A stretch of 64,000 bases of DNA from Alphaproteobacteria bacterium. GTDB lineage: Bacteria > Pseudomonadota > Alphaproteobacteria > MPNO01 > UBA830. The stretch is from positions 3,968,001 to 4,032,000 of the forward strand of contig OZ251539.1 of NCBI GenBank assembly GCA_965243135.1. The letters are read 5' to 3'. Of the stretch, positions 19,157-29,615 are shown piece by piece (the stretch's first letter is position 1; the number at the start of each line of letters is the position of its first letter). Position numbers and translations under genes: made by a program. A model generated the notes under the pieces. That model was not told the origin of the DNA. It was given only the letters and a program-made list of their open reading frames with translations, and ran no database searches.

Positions 19157-20605
19157 ATGACCGCCGCTGCCCACATCGATCCGCGCGTTCTCGAACGCAT
19201 CAGCGCCGTCGTCGGCGACGCCGGGATCGTCGCGGACGCTTCGGACATGGCTCCCTATCTGACGGACGAGCGCGGGCAATACACGGGCGCGACGCCGATG
19301 GTGGTTCGTCCGGCCACGGTCGCCGAGGTGTCCGAGACCGTCCGCATCTGCCACGAGACCTCGACGCCCATCGTGCCGCAAGGCGGCAACACCGGGCTGT
19401 GCGGCGCCGCGACGCCTCACGAGCACGGCGGCGAGATCCTGGTCTCCCTGACGCGCCTCGACCGCGTGCGCGAAATCGATCCGCTCAACTACACGATCAC
19501 CGTCGAGGCGGGCGTGATCCTCGCCGACGTCCAGAAGGCGGCCGAGGAGGCCGACCGTTACTTCCCGCTGAGTCTCGGCGGCGAAGGAACGGCGCGGATC
19601 GGCGGCAACCTGTCCACCAACGCGGGCGGCACCGGCGTGCTGCGCTACGGCCCCGCCCGCGACCTGTGCCTGGGCCTCGAAGCGGTGCTGCCGGACGGGC
19701 GCGTGTGGAACGGCCTGACGGGGCTCCGAAAGGACAATACGGGATACGACCTCAAGCACCTCTTCATCGGCGCGGAGGGAACGCTCGGCATCATCACCGC
19801 CGCGTGCCTGAAGCTGTTTCCCAGGGCGGCAGGCGTCCAGACCGCCTTCCTCGCGGTGCGCGACCCGTCCGCGGCGGTGGAACTTCTGGCGCGGGCGCGG
19901 CGCGCGACCGACGACCGGGTGGAAACGTTCGAATACATGGCGCGGCAGGCGCTCGATTTCGTGTTTCGCCACGTCGCCGGCGCCCGCGACCCCTTCTCCC
20001 GGCGCTACGGCCATTACCTGATGATCGAATTCGCCGCGGACGACGCGGACGGACTGCGGGAGACGACGGAAACGATGCTGGCGGCCGCTCTCGCCGACGG
20101 CATCGTTCTCGACGCCGCCCTCGCCGAAAGCGGCCGCCAGGCCGAAGATTTCCGGAAGATCCGCGAAACCATTCCCGAAGCGCAACGGCAGGAAGGCGCG
20201 AGCGTCAAGCACGACGTTTCGGTGCCGGTCTCCAGGGTGCCGGTTCTTCTGGACGAAGTCGCGGCCGAGGTCGAGGCCCTCGTGCCGGGCGTCCGCTGCT
20301 GCGCCTTCGGCCACGTCGGCGACGGCAACGTCCACTTCAACTTCAGCCGGCCGACGGACATGACCGACGCCGGATTCCTCGCGCGCGAAGCGGAAGTCCA
20401 CCGCCTCGTCTACGACCGCGCCGTCGCCATGGGCGGATCGATCAGCGCCGAGCACGGCATCGGCCGCCTTCGCCGCGACGCGCTCCGGACGTACAAGTCG
20501 CCGGTCGCGCTCGACGTCATGCGCGCGATAAAATCGGCGCTCGACCCGAAGGGAATCATGAACCCGGGCAAGGTGCTTCCGCCCGCCGCAGGAGTAGATC
20601 CGTGA
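19157..20605 (+). CDS. FAD-binding oxidoreductase (D-2-hydroxyacid dehydrogenase-like)
   Basis: PQGGNTGL, GGNLSTNAGG, LRKDNTGYDL, GHVGDGNVH, SAEHGIG. Confidence 0.93.
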   Translation: MTAAAHIDPRVLERISAVVGDAGIVADASDMAPYLTDERGQYTGATPMVVRPATVAEVSETVRICHETSTPIVPQGGNTGLCGAATPHEHGGEILVSLTRLDRVREIDPLNYTITVEAGVILADVQKAAEEADRYFPLSLGGEGTARIGGNLSTNAGGTGVLRYGPARDLCLGLEAVLPDGRVWNGLTGLRKDNTGYDLKHLFIGAEGTLGIITAACLKLFPRAAGVQTAFLAVRDPSAAVELLARARRATDDRVETFEYMARQALDFVFRHVAGARDPFSRRYGHYLMIEFAADDADGLRETTETMLAAALADGIVLDAALAESGRQAEDFRKIRETIPEAQRQEGASVKHDVSVPVSRVPVLLDEVAAEVEALVPGVRCCAFGHVGDGNVHFNFSRPTDMTDAGFLAREAEVHRLVYDRAVAMGGSISAEHGIGRLRRDALRTYKSPVALDVMRAIKSALDPKGIMNPGKVLPPAAGVDP

Positions 20606-22368
20606 CGGAATACAACGCTCCCCTCCGCGAAATGCAGTTCGTCGTCGAGGAACTCAACGGGCTTGCCGAGATCGCCGCCCTGCCCGGCCACGAAGACGCC
20701 ACCCCGGACGTCGCGCGCGCCATCTTCGAAGAGGCGGGACGGCTGGGCCGCGAAGTGCTCTCGCCGCTCAACCGCGCCGGAGACCTGGAAGGCGCGAAAC
20801 TCGAAAACGGCGTCGTCCGGACGCCGCCGGGGTTCAGGGAAGCCTATCGGGCCTACGTCGACGGCGGCTGGAACGCGCTGCAGCTCGACCGCGAGATCGG
20901 CGGCCAGGGACTGCCCATGCTCGTGGCGACGCCGGTGTTCGAGATGTGGGACGCCGCGAACCTCGCCTTCATGCTGTGCCCCGTGCTGACCATCGCCGGG
21001 GCGGAAATGCTGCAGCGCTACGGCTCCGAGGAGCAGAAGGCCGCGTGGATGCCGAAGCTCGTCACCGGCGAATGGACCGGCACCATGGTGCTGACCGAGC
21101 CCGGCGCGGGTTCGGACGTGGGCGCCATCAAGACCCGCGCCGTTCCCGACGGCGACGCCTACCGCCTCTCCGGCCAGAAGATCTTCACGACCTGGGGCGA
21201 TCATGACTTCACCGAGAACATCGTGCACATGGTCCTGGCGCGGACGCCCGGCGCGCCGCCGGGAACGCGCGGCATTTCGCTCTTCATCGTCCCCAAGTTC
21301 CTCGTCGGCGACGACGGCGCGCCCGGCCGCCGCAACGACCTGCGGCCGGTCTCGCTCGAGCGCAAGCTCGGAATACACGGAAGCCCGACCTGCGTGATGC
21401 AGTTCGGCGAGAACGAGGGCGCGGTCGGCTACCTCGTGGGCGAGGAATGCCGCGGCATGGAGTACATGTTCGCGATGATGAACAACGCCCGCCTCGCGGT
21501 CGGCCGGGAGGGCGTCGGCATCGCCGAGCGGGCCTACCAGCAGGCGGCGGCCTACGCCCGGGAAAGAGTCCAGGGCCGCGACGCGGCGAACCCGGGCGCC
21601 GGCGACGTCGCGATCGTCCGCCATCCCGACGTGCGGCGGAACCTCATGACCATGCGCGCCCTGACCGAGGCCGGACGCGCCCTGGGCTGCTACGTCGCGG
21701 CGCGGCAGGACTTCGCCCGCAGGCATCCGGATCCGGAAGCCCGCGCCCGCGCCCGCGAACGGGTCGAACTCCTCGTCCCGGTCGTCAAGGCCTGGTCGAC
21801 GGATTGCGGCGTCGAGGCCGCGTCTCTCGGAGTCCAGATCCACGGCGGCGCGGGCTTCATCGAAGAGACGGGCGCCGCTCAGCACTATCGCGACAGCCGC
21901 ATCACGCCGATCTACGAAGGCACGAACGGCATCCAGGCGATCGACCTGCTGTCGCGCAAGATCATGCGCGACGGGGGCGCGGCGCTCGGCCGGCTGCTGG
22001 ACGAGATGCGGGCGACCGAAATCTCCGAACCGGACATCGCCGACGGGTTCCGCAAGGCGCTTGCCTCCTTCCGGGCCGCCGCGGACCGGTTGCTCGCGAC
22101 GGAAGAGTTCGGCGAGACCCTGGCCGGAGCGACGCCCTGCCTCAGGGCTCTGGGCTTCCTGACCGGCGGCTGGCTGATGGCGAGGTCGGCCGAAATCTCC
22201 GCCCGGGCGCTCGCGGACGGACCTGGCGACGACGCGCCGTTCTATCGCGCGAAGTCCGCGACCGCGCGTTTCTACGCCAACAATCTTCTGCCCCAGGTCG
22301 AAGCCAACGCCAAGGCGGCCGCCTCCGGTTCGGCCGACGTCATGGCGCTGGCGGACGAAGCGTTCTGA
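20602..22368 (+). CDS. Acyl-CoA dehydrogenase (long, DmdC-like subfamily)
   Basis: GTMVLTEPGAGSD, GQKIFTT, KLGIHGSPT, QIHGGAGF, IYEGTNGIQA. Confidence 0.93.
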   Translation: MTEYNAPLREMQFVVEELNGLAEIAALPGHEDATPDVARAIFEEAGRLGREVLSPLNRAGDLEGAKLENGVVRTPPGFREAYRAYVDGGWNALQLDREIGGQGLPMLVATPVFEMWDAANLAFMLCPVLTIAGAEMLQRYGSEEQKAAWMPKLVTGEWTGTMVLTEPGAGSDVGAIKTRAVPDGDAYRLSGQKIFTTWGDHDFTENIVHMVLARTPGAPPGTRGISLFIVPKFLVGDDGAPGRRNDLRPVSLERKLGIHGSPTCVMQFGENEGAVGYLVGEECRGMEYMFAMMNNARLAVGREGVGIAERAYQQAAAYARERVQGRDAANPGAGDVAIVRHPDVRRNLMTMRALTEAGRALGCYVAARQDFARRHPDPEARARARERVELLVPVVKAWSTDCGVEAASLGVQIHGGAGFIEETGAAQHYRDSRITPIYEGTNGIQAIDLLSRKIMRDGGAALGRLLDEMRATEISEPDIADGFRKALASFRAAADRLLATEEFGETLAGATPCLRALGFLTGGWLMARSAEISARALADGPGDDAPFYRAKSATARFYANNLLPQVEANAKAAASGSADVMALADEAF

Positions 22369-22439
22369 CGCCTCTTGCGGACGACCGGCGAAGGGGGCAT
22401 AAGCCTTGCGCCGCCGCGCCTTTCCGGGAGAGCCCGCCA

Positions 22440-22877
22440 ATGAACGAAACCGCCTCCGGCCTGGCTTTCGCCGAGGCGCGCGAGGAGCCGCGCCGCGCCG
22501 CGCCGCGGGACTACCTGATCCGGAAGGACGGCCGAACCTACGCGGCGGCGCACGTTCTCGCGGACTTCTGGGGCGCTTCCGGGCTGGACGAAACGGGAGC
22601 CGTTGAAGTCCTCCTGCGCGGCGCCGCGGAGGCCGCCGGCGCCACCGTGCTGCAGGTCCATGCGCACGAGTTCGGCGGCGAAGGAGGCGTGTCGGGCGTG
22701 GCCATCCTCGCGGAAAGCCATATCAGCGTCCACACCTGGCCGGAAATCGACTACGCCGCGTTCGACGTCTTCATGTGCGGCGATTGCCGGCCCGACCTGG
22801 CCGTCGCCTTCCTTGACCGGCGGCTGCGTCCGCGGCGCGTCGACATTCGGGAGCATTGCCGCGGGCTCGTGAAGTGA
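22440..22877 (+). CDS. speD: S-adenosylmethionine decarboxylase proenzyme
   Basis: GVSGVAILAESHISVHTWPE..DVFMCG. Confidence 0.93.
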   Translation: MNETASGLAFAEAREEPRRAAPRDYLIRKDGRTYAAAHVLADFWGASGLDETGAVEVLLRGAAEAAGATVLQVHAHEFGGEGGVSGVAILAESHISVHTWPEIDYAAFDVFMCGDCRPDLAVAFLDRRLRPRRVDIREHCRGLVK

Positions 22878-23728
22878 CTCCGGCCGGCTGGTTCTCGGAA
22901 ACCCTTTACCCGGATTGCCAGCAACGCTTCGCGATGACGCGCGTGCTGCTCGAATCCCGAACCGACATGCAGGACATCCTCATCTTCGAGAATCCGACCT
23001 TCGGCCGGGTGCTCGTGCTCGACGGCATCGTCCAGACCACCGACCGCGACGAGTTCTGCTACCACGAGATGCTGGCCCACGTTCCGATCCTCGCGCACGG
23101 CGCGGCGAAGAACGTGCTGATCGTCGGCGGCGGCGACGGCGGCGCGCTCCGCGAGGTGCTCAGGCACCGCGCGGTGGAACGCGCGACGATGGTGGAAATC
23201 GACGGCGGGGTGATCGACGCCTGCCGCGAGTACCTGCCGGGCCTGAGCGCCGGGGCGTTCGACGACCCTCGCGCCGAGCTCGTCGTCGCGAACGGCCTGC
23301 AGTTCGTCAAGGAAACCGACGAACGCTTCGACGTGGTGATCGTCGACTCGACGGATCCCGTCGGCCCCTCGCTGCCCCTGTTCTCCAACGCGTTCTATCG
23401 CGATTGCAGCGCGGCGATGACCCCCGACGGCGTCGTCGTCTGCCAGACCGGGGTCAGTTTCGCGCAGGAAAACGAGGCGAAGGACACCTACCGCCGCCTG
23501 GGCCGCGCGTTCGAGGACGCCTCGCTGTACATCACCCACGTGCCGACCTACGGCTTCGGCTACATGATGCTGGGCTGGGGCGCGAACAGCGTCCGGCCGC
23601 GCGCGACCGGCGCGGAGACGATCCGCCGGCGTTTCGCGGAGTCCGGCATCGAAACCCGCTACTACACCCCCGGCATTCATTCGAGCTGCTTCGAAATGCC
23701 CGCCTACATGCAGATTCTCAAGAGCTGA
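22874..23728 (+). CDS. speE: Polyamine aminopropyltransferase (spermidine synthase)
   Basis: LDGIVQTT..DEFCYHEM, IVGGGDGG, DSTDPVGP. Confidence 0.95.
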   Translation: MTPAGWFSETLYPDCQQRFAMTRVLLESRTDMQDILIFENPTFGRVLVLDGIVQTTDRDEFCYHEMLAHVPILAHGAAKNVLIVGGGDGGALREVLRHRAVERATMVEIDGGVIDACREYLPGLSAGAFDDPRAELVVANGLQFVKETDERFDVVIVDSTDPVGPSLPLFSNAFYRDCSAAMTPDGVVVCQTGVSFAQENEAKDTYRRLGRAFEDASLYITHVPTYGFGYMMLGWGANSVRPRATGAETIRRRFAESGIETRYYTPGIHSSCFEMPAYMQILKS

Positions 23729-23742
23729 CGGCCGGCCGCCCC

Positions 23743-25251
23743 CTACGAATCGCCCGCCGCTTCCGCGGCGCGCTCCCGCAGCTCGCGGCGATCGATTTTG
23801 TTGGTGCCGGACAGCGGCAGGGATTCGACGAAGAAAACGCGCCGCGGATGCGCGTAGGCCGGCCCGTTGTCCAGCGCGTAGCGCTTGACTGCATCCTCGT
23901 CGAGTTCCGCGCCGCCGCGCGGCACGATCCAGGCGTAGGGAACGTGGGCCTTCAACCGGTTGGGCGCGGGCACGACCGCCGCCTGCATGACGTCCGCGTG
24001 CCGTTCGAGCATCGCCTCGACCTCGCCGGGGTACACGTTCTCTCCGGCGCAAACGAACATGTCGTCGGCGCGCCCCACGAAGTAATGCCATCCGTCGGCG
24101 TCGCGGCGGAGGATGTCGCCGGTGTTCAGCCAGCCGTCCTTCCCGAGAACCTTCGCGGTCTCTTCGGGAAGGTTGTGATATCCCTTCATCACGCCCGGGC
24201 TCCGGACATGGAGCACTCCCTGGTCGCCGCCGCCCGAGAGCGCGGTCTCGACGCCGTCGATCGGGAAGCCGACCGACGTCCTCGGGCGCGGCAGGCCGTC
24301 CGGATGACTCCACGAGAACAGGATGGGGCCGCCCTCGGTGATGCCGTAGTTGAGGTTGAGCCCGGCGTCCGGGAAACGCAGGGCGAGCGAATCGAGCAGG
24401 CTGCCGGACGCCGGCGCCGACCCCATGGAGCAGTTGCGCACCGACGAGAGATCGGTCCGGTCCAGAAGCGACTCCTCCTGCAGGGCGAGCGCGTACATGG
24501 TGGGCACGCCCGTCAGCATGGTGAGGCGGTAGCGTTCGATCGCCCGGACGTAGGCTTGCGGATCGAACCGCGAGAACAGCACGACCCGGCCCCCCGCCGC
24601 CAGCGCGGACTTGACCGCGAGCAGCGCGTTCTTGTGGTAGAGCGGAGCGGCGACGGCCGAGCAGTCGTCGGCGCGGATGTCGCGGCTTTCGACGATCCTG
24701 GCGATCATCCACACTTGGCCCGCGTGGTCGAGCAGGACTCCCTTGGGCCGGCCGGTCGACCCCGACGTGTAGGGCTGTTCGGCGATGTCGTCCGCGCCGG
24801 GAAAGAAGGACGGGTACGGTTCGCCCGAACGGACCTTGAACCGTTCGAAGGGATCGCCGCCGCCCCCGAATGCGACGGTGCGCACGCCGTCCGGAACCCG
24901 CCGCGCCTGATCCGGATCGGCGAACGCGATCTTGATTCCCGCGTCGCGGACGATGTAGGCGACCGTTTCGTCGGGCAGCTTGACGTTGATCATGACCGGC
25001 ACGCAGCCCGCCCGCATCGCGCCGAACAGAACTTCGAGAAACTCCACGCGGTTGAGGGCGAGAATGCCGACCCGCTCGCCCGGCGCCGTCCCCGCGACCA
25101 GCAACCCGTTGGCGACCGCGTCGCAAGCGGCGTCGAAGTCGCGGTAACCGAATTCCCTGGGGCGTTCCGGTTCGCGGAGGTCGACGATCGCGACGCGATC
25201 GGAGGCGGCGTGCGGCCGGAAGACGTCCCCGAGGTTTCCGGTGTCCTCCAT
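23743..25251 (-). CDS. Acyl-CoA synthetase (AMP-binding)
   Basis: YTSGSTGRPKG, YGITE, TGD, GRADDM..GENVYP. Confidence 0.92.
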   Translation of the reverse strand: MEDTGNLGDVFRPHAASDRVAIVDLREPERPREFGYRDFDAACDAVANGLLVAGTAPGERVGILALNRVEFLEVLFGAMRAGCVPVMINVKLPDETVAYIVRDAGIKIAFADPDQARRVPDGVRTVAFGGGGDPFERFKVRSGEPYPSFFPGADDIAEQPYTSGSTGRPKGVLLDHAGQVWMIARIVESRDIRADDCSAVAAPLYHKNALLAVKSALAAGGRVVLFSRFDPQAYVRAIERYRLTMLTGVPTMYALALQEESLLDRTDLSSVRNCSMGSAPASGSLLDSLALRFPDAGLNLNYGITEGGPILFSWSHPDGLPRPRTSVGFPIDGVETALSGGGDQGVLHVRSPGVMKGYHNLPEETAKVLGKDGWLNTGDILRRDADGWHYFVGRADDMFVCAGENVYPGEVEAMLERHADVMQAAVVPAPNRLKAHVPYAWIVPRGGAELDEDAVKRYALDNGPAYAHPRRVFFVESLPLSGTNKIDRRELRERAAEAAGDS

Positions 25252-25276
25252 GGCGGTTCTGTCCTCCGGCGCCGCG

Positions 25277-26299
25277 TCAGGGCGTGATCACGATCTTCCC
25301 GATCACTTCGCGGTCGCGCAGGCGCCGCACGCCCTCCGCGGTCCGCTCAAGCGGCAGCACCGTGTCGATCACCGGGCTCAATTCGCCGCGGGAGATCAAC
25401 TTCATCAACGTTTCGAGATCTTCGACGGTCCAGGAGTTCGAGCCGAGTATTTTCAGTTCGAAGGTCCAGACGTAGCGCAGGTCCTCGGCGGGGTCGTAGC
25501 CGGCCGTCGCGCCGCAGGTCAGGATCTTGCCGCCGCGGCGGGTGGCCTTGAGGGACGGCACCCAGGTGTCGCCGCCCGTGAAATTGATCGTCACGTCGAC
25601 GCCGCCCTCGAACCGCCGGCGGTGCGGCTTTCCGTAAAGCCCGTAGATCGTCTTCTCGAAATCCTCGTACCCGATCACGTGATCGGCGCCCCACGCCTCG
25701 AGAGCCGACAGTTTTTCGGGACTCGAGCCGGCCGCGACCACTTCGCAGCCCATCATCTTGGCGAGCAGCACGCAACAGGAGCCGACTCCGCCCGACGCGC
25801 CGAGAACGAGAACCTTTTCGCCCCCCTGCATGCCGCCGTTGGCGACCATCATCCGGTGCGCCGTGCCGTAGGCGACCGGCAACGCCGCCGCCTGCTCGTA
25901 AGAGCACCCGTCGGGTATCCGGATCAGGCGGGTCGCGTCGACCGCGCACAATTCGGCCGTGCCGCCGTCGAGCATCTCGCCCATCAGCCCCTTCTCGGGA
26001 GCGATCGGGTCGAGCGGATTGACGAGCGCGCGGTCGCCCGGCGCCCAGCCATCGACTCCTTCGCCGATCTCGAGGATCTCGCCCGCGATATCGAGGCCGA
26101 TGACGATCGGCAACGGCACCTTGATCCCCGGCATGCCTTTGGTGGTGAAGACGTCGTGATAGTTGAGCGAGGTCGCCCTGACGCGCAAGACGACCTGGCC
26201 CGCGCCGCGCGCCGGATCCCTGTAATCGGCGTGGTAGACCAGATTGTCGATATCGCCGTGTTCGTGCAGGACGACTGCGCGCACCTCGTTCTCCCTCAT
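25277..26299 (-). CDS. MDR-family zinc-binding dehydrogenase / quinone oxidoreductase
   Basis: SLNYHD, GLDIAGEI, PVAYGTA, GASGGVG, CGATAG. Confidence 0.9.
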   Translation of the reverse strand: MRENEVRAVVLHEHGDIDNLVYHADYRDPARGAGQVVLRVRATSLNYHDVFTTKGMPGIKVPLPIVIGLDIAGEILEIGEGVDGWAPGDRALVNPLDPIAPEKGLMGEMLDGGTAELCAVDATRLIRIPDGCSYEQAAALPVAYGTAHRMMVANGGMQGGEKVLVLGASGGVGSCCVLLAKMMGCEVVAAGSSPEKLSALEAWGADHVIGYEDFEKTIYGLYGKPHRRRFEGGVDVTINFTGGDTWVPSLKATRRGGKILTCGATAGYDPAEDLRYVWTFELKILGSNSWTVEDLETLMKLISRGELSPVIDTVLPLERTAEGVRRLRDREVIGKIVITP

Positions 26300-26465
26300 G
26301 CCGGGGGCGGACCCCCTCCCGCGGGTCAGGGAATAGCGCGCCGCGGCCTGCGCCGTCAAGCCGGGCGCGTGGAACCGGTCCGCCGACGGCGCGGATTTTC
26401 CGGGAGCGCCCGGCGACCCTATACTGTCGTCGGCGGTTTGCCGGAATATTGGAAGATCGTTCCGG

Positions 26466-26924
26466 ATGGATGCGACAGACCGGAAAATCCTTCGCCTCCT
26501 GCAGGAAGACGCGACGCTTCCGGTGACGGAAATCGCGCTGCGCGTCGGCCTGTCCGCGACGCCTTGCTGGCGGCGCATCCGGAAACTGGAGGAGTCCGGC
26601 GTCATTCGCGCGCGGGTGGCGCTTCTCGACGCCGAGAAACTGAACGCCGGCGTCACGGTCTTCGTGTCCATCAGGACCGACAGGCACGACGCGGCCTGGT
26701 ACGAGCGTTTTTCGGAGGTCGTCACGGAGTTTCCCGAAGTCGTCGAATTCTACCGCATGTCCGGAGACATCGATTACCTGCTCCGCGTCGTCGTGCCGGA
26801 CATCGCCGCCTATGACCGCTTCTACCGTCGCCTGATCGAAAAGGTCGAGATCTACGACGTGTCTTCCTCCTTCTCGATGGAGCAGATCAAATTCACGACG
26901 GCGCTGCCGCTGGACTACGGCTGA
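26466..26924 (+). CDS. Lrp/AsnC family transcriptional regulator (DecR-like)
   Basis: DRKILRLLQEDA..VGLSATPCWRRI; FYRMSGDIDYLL. Confidence 0.95.
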   Translation: MDATDRKILRLLQEDATLPVTEIALRVGLSATPCWRRIRKLEESGVIRARVALLDAEKLNAGVTVFVSIRTDRHDAAWYERFSEVVTEFPEVVEFYRMSGDIDYLLRVVVPDIAAYDRFYRRLIEKVEIYDVSSSFSMEQIKFTTALPLDYG

Positions 26925-27006
26925 CGTCCGGCGCGCGCCGTCGCCCCCGCGCCCATCCCGCCGTCCTTTCGCCGCCGCTCGGGAAACCGGCGGTTCCGGC
27001 CGGCCC

Positions 27007-27558
27007 TCACGCCGTTCCGTCGACGATCGCCCCGCCCCGCCGACGGGAGGCGACGCGGCGGGCCAGTTCGCGAACGTGGGGATCGTCTCCGCCCATGTCC
27101 CGCAGCGCGCGGGCGAGCTCGACGACGTATTCGACGTTGGTCCCCGAAGGTCCGGCGGACCGGCGTATCTGCGCGGCGATCTCGTCCGCGCCGGCCTCGC
27201 CCAGCCAGTTGGGGTTGCCGGGCGTCGCGACGTAGACGAAGCCGTCGACGGATCCGCCGCCGGGAAAGGAAATGCGAACCTCGCGCAAAGCGTAGCCTCC
27301 CTTTTCCCGACGGTCGAGCCGGGCGATCGCCTCTTCGCGCTCGACCGTCCGGTAGGCGCGCCCCCAGCAAACGGCGCCGGGCTCGGCGATCAAGGTGACG
27401 ACGCGGCCCGGCGCGCCCGGAACGCCGCGATGATCGGTCGATCCCTGCCAGAAACGGCGCGTCCAGCCCGAAACGGTCGCCGTCCGCGCTTCCGAATGCG
27501 GAAAATCCGGCCTCCAGATAATGGAGCCGTACCCGAATACCCAGACGCCCTCCGTCAC
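27007..27558 (-). CDS. chaC: ChaC-family gamma-glutamylcyclotransferase
   Basis: WVFGYGSIIW, QGSTDHRG..PGRVVTL, LDRREKGGY, GPSGTNVEY. Confidence 0.9.
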   Translation of the reverse strand: MTEGVWVFGYGSIIWRPDFPHSEARTATVSGWTRRFWQGSTDHRGVPGAPGRVVTLIAEPGAVCWGRAYRTVEREEAIARLDRREKGGYALREVRISFPGGGSVDGFVYVATPGNPNWLGEAGADEIAAQIRRSAGPSGTNVEYVVELARALRDMGGDDPHVRELARRVASRRRGGAIVDGTA

Positions 27559-28478
27559 GAGGCAGGAAAAGGATCGGCGCCGCCGGCATGCAGAACGAAC
27601 GCCGCCCCCGCGCCCGCGTCGGGACGGACGACGATCCGGGCCGGCTGGTTCGCGAGCAGGGGAACGCCGCGCCCGGCGAGATAGGAACGGGTAGCGTCGA
27701 GATCGGCGCTGCGGATCGAAACCGCCGCGATGAACGGCATGCTCGGCGGGCTGACGCCGGGCAGGATCGCGCGGCACGCTTCCGCGTCGCAGAACCGGAG
27801 TTCTCCGCGATCCAGTTCGAGTCGATGGCGCTTCCCGTCGCGGATCGCCGGCCGGCCGGCGAAACGGGCGTACCTCGCCGCCGCCTCGACCGGGTCCGGG
27901 CTGCAAATCAACGCCCCCGACAGCATGTCGAGCGCATTGTCCCTGGCGGTCACGGAAGGCTGCCAGACGACGTCCGGCGTGTCCTGGGTGAGCATCTGAA
28001 CGCGCCCTTCCGGCATCCGGCCGCCGGGCAGGCGTATCACGGAAAACGCCGCGACGGCGTCGCCTCCGCCGTCGAGCGGCATCTTGCGGCGAAGCGCGAC
28101 CGGCGGCGCGGGATCGAAGCCCGCCTCGCGCAGCCGCCGGACCGCGACGTCCGCGTCGGCGACGGAGAAGGCGATCAGGTGGAGGCCGGCATACCGCGAC
28201 AGCGCGTCCTCCATCTGGCGAGCGAGCGACGAGTCGACGCCCGGCACGCGGACCAGAACCTCGAGGTAGCCGCGCGCGATCATGGCGCAGCGATTGGCGC
28301 TGCCGGAGGGGCCGCGGCTTCCGTCGGGCCGTTCGTTTTCGTGAACGGTCAGCGGCGTCATGGGAAACCCGAGACGCTCGAAATCGGCGGCCGCCGCGTC
28401 CATGTCGGGCGCGAACCATCCGACGTGGTCGAGAAAAATCTGGTCGCCGGTCGGCGTCTGGGCTTCAAGGCCCGTCAT
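27555..28478 (-). CDS. VOC/glyoxalase-like family protein
   Basis: LDHVGWF..LGFPMTP..H..GSANRC..GYLE. Confidence 0.8.
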   Translation of the reverse strand: MTGLEAQTPTGDQIFLDHVGWFAPDMDAAAADFERLGFPMTPLTVHENERPDGSRGPSGSANRCAMIARGYLEVLVRVPGVDSSLARQMEDALSRYAGLHLIAFSVADADVAVRRLREAGFDPAPPVALRRKMPLDGGGDAVAAFSVIRLPGGRMPEGRVQMLTQDTPDVVWQPSVTARDNALDMLSGALICSPDPVEAAARYARFAGRPAIRDGKRHRLELDRGELRFCDAEACRAILPGVSPPSMPFIAAVSIRSADLDATRSYLAGRGVPLLANQPARIVVRPDAGAGAAFVLHAGGADPFPAS

Positions 28479-28619
28479 GACGCGCCGCCGTCGCGGCTCC
28501 CTGCCCTTCGGCCGCGCGGCCGCCGGGAAAGGGGCCGCAAGGGCTTCTTTCGGGAAAGCGCGACGGCACGACGCTCGACGAAAATTTTCCGACGGAACCG
28601 GTTCGCCGCGAGGCCGCGC

Positions 28620-29585
28620 CTACGCCCAGACCTCCTCCCAGGTGCCCTGGGTGGCGGCCTTGGAGTATTCGGTGGCCCGGTTTTCGAAGAAGTTGGTGTG
28701 CTCCATTCCGTTCAGCATTTCGTCCATCCATGGCAGCGGATTGCCCTCGAGGTGGTACATCGGCTGAAGTCCGAGCTGCGACAGCCGCCGGTCGGCAATG
28801 TAACGGATGTATCGCTTGACCTCGTCCGCGCGGAGGCCTTCGACTCCGCCCATCTCGAAGGCGAGATCGATGAACGCGTCCTCGTGCGTGACCATCTCCG
28901 AACAGATCATATGGAGCGACCGGCGCAAGTCCTTGGTCCAGATTTCCGGGTTTTCGGAAACGAACGTGCGGAACAGCTTGACGATCGATTCGGTGTGCAG
29001 GGATTCGTCGCGCACCGACCAGGAAACGATCTGGCCCATGCCCTTCATCTTGTTGAACCGCGGAAAATTCATGAGGATCGCGAAGCTGGCGAACAGTTGC
29101 AGGCCCTCGGTGAACCCGCCGAAGACGGCCAAGGTCCGCGCGATGTTCTCTTTGGTGTCGACGTCGAACTTCTGCAGGTAGTCGAACTTGTCCTTCATTT
29201 CCCTGTAATGGAAAAAAGCGCGGTATTCGGTTTCGGGCATGCCGATGGTGTCGAGCAAATGCGAATAGGCCGCGATGTGAACCGTTTCCATGTTCGAGAA
29301 GGCGGAAAGCATCATCTGCACTTCGGTGGGCTGGAAGACGCGCGCGTACCGCTTCATGTAGCAGTTGTTCACCTCGATGTCCGACTGCGTAAAGAACCGG
29401 AAGATCTGCGTCAGCAGGTTGCGCTCCTCGTTGGTGAGCTTGGCGTGCCAATCCTTCACGTCGTCGGCGAGGGGAACTTCCTGCGGCAGCCAGTGAACCC
29501 GCTGTTGCGTCAGCCAGGCGTCGTAGGCCCAAGGGTAGCGGAACGGCTTGTAGACCGGGTTCGCGTCCAATAACGACATCTTCAC
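28620..29585 (-). CDS. nrdB: Ribonucleotide-diphosphate reductase subunit beta (class I)
   Basis: FFTQSD, METVHIAAY (radical Tyr), EGLQLFASF, RDESLH, NFFENRATEY. Confidence 0.96.
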   Translation of the reverse strand: MKMSLLDANPVYKPFRYPWAYDAWLTQQRVHWLPQEVPLADDVKDWHAKLTNEERNLLTQIFRFFTQSDIEVNNCYMKRYARVFQPTEVQMMLSAFSNMETVHIAAYSHLLDTIGMPETEYRAFFHYREMKDKFDYLQKFDVDTKENIARTLAVFGGFTEGLQLFASFAILMNFPRFNKMKGMGQIVSWSVRDESLHTESIVKLFRTFVSENPEIWTKDLRRSLHMICSEMVTHEDAFIDLAFEMGGVEGLRADEVKRYIRYIADRRLSQLGLQPMYHLEGNPLPWMDEMLNGMEHTNFFENRATEYSKAATQGTWEEVWA

Positions 29586-29615
29586 TCCTTCAATGCTTCG
29601 CCGGAGAAAGCCGTC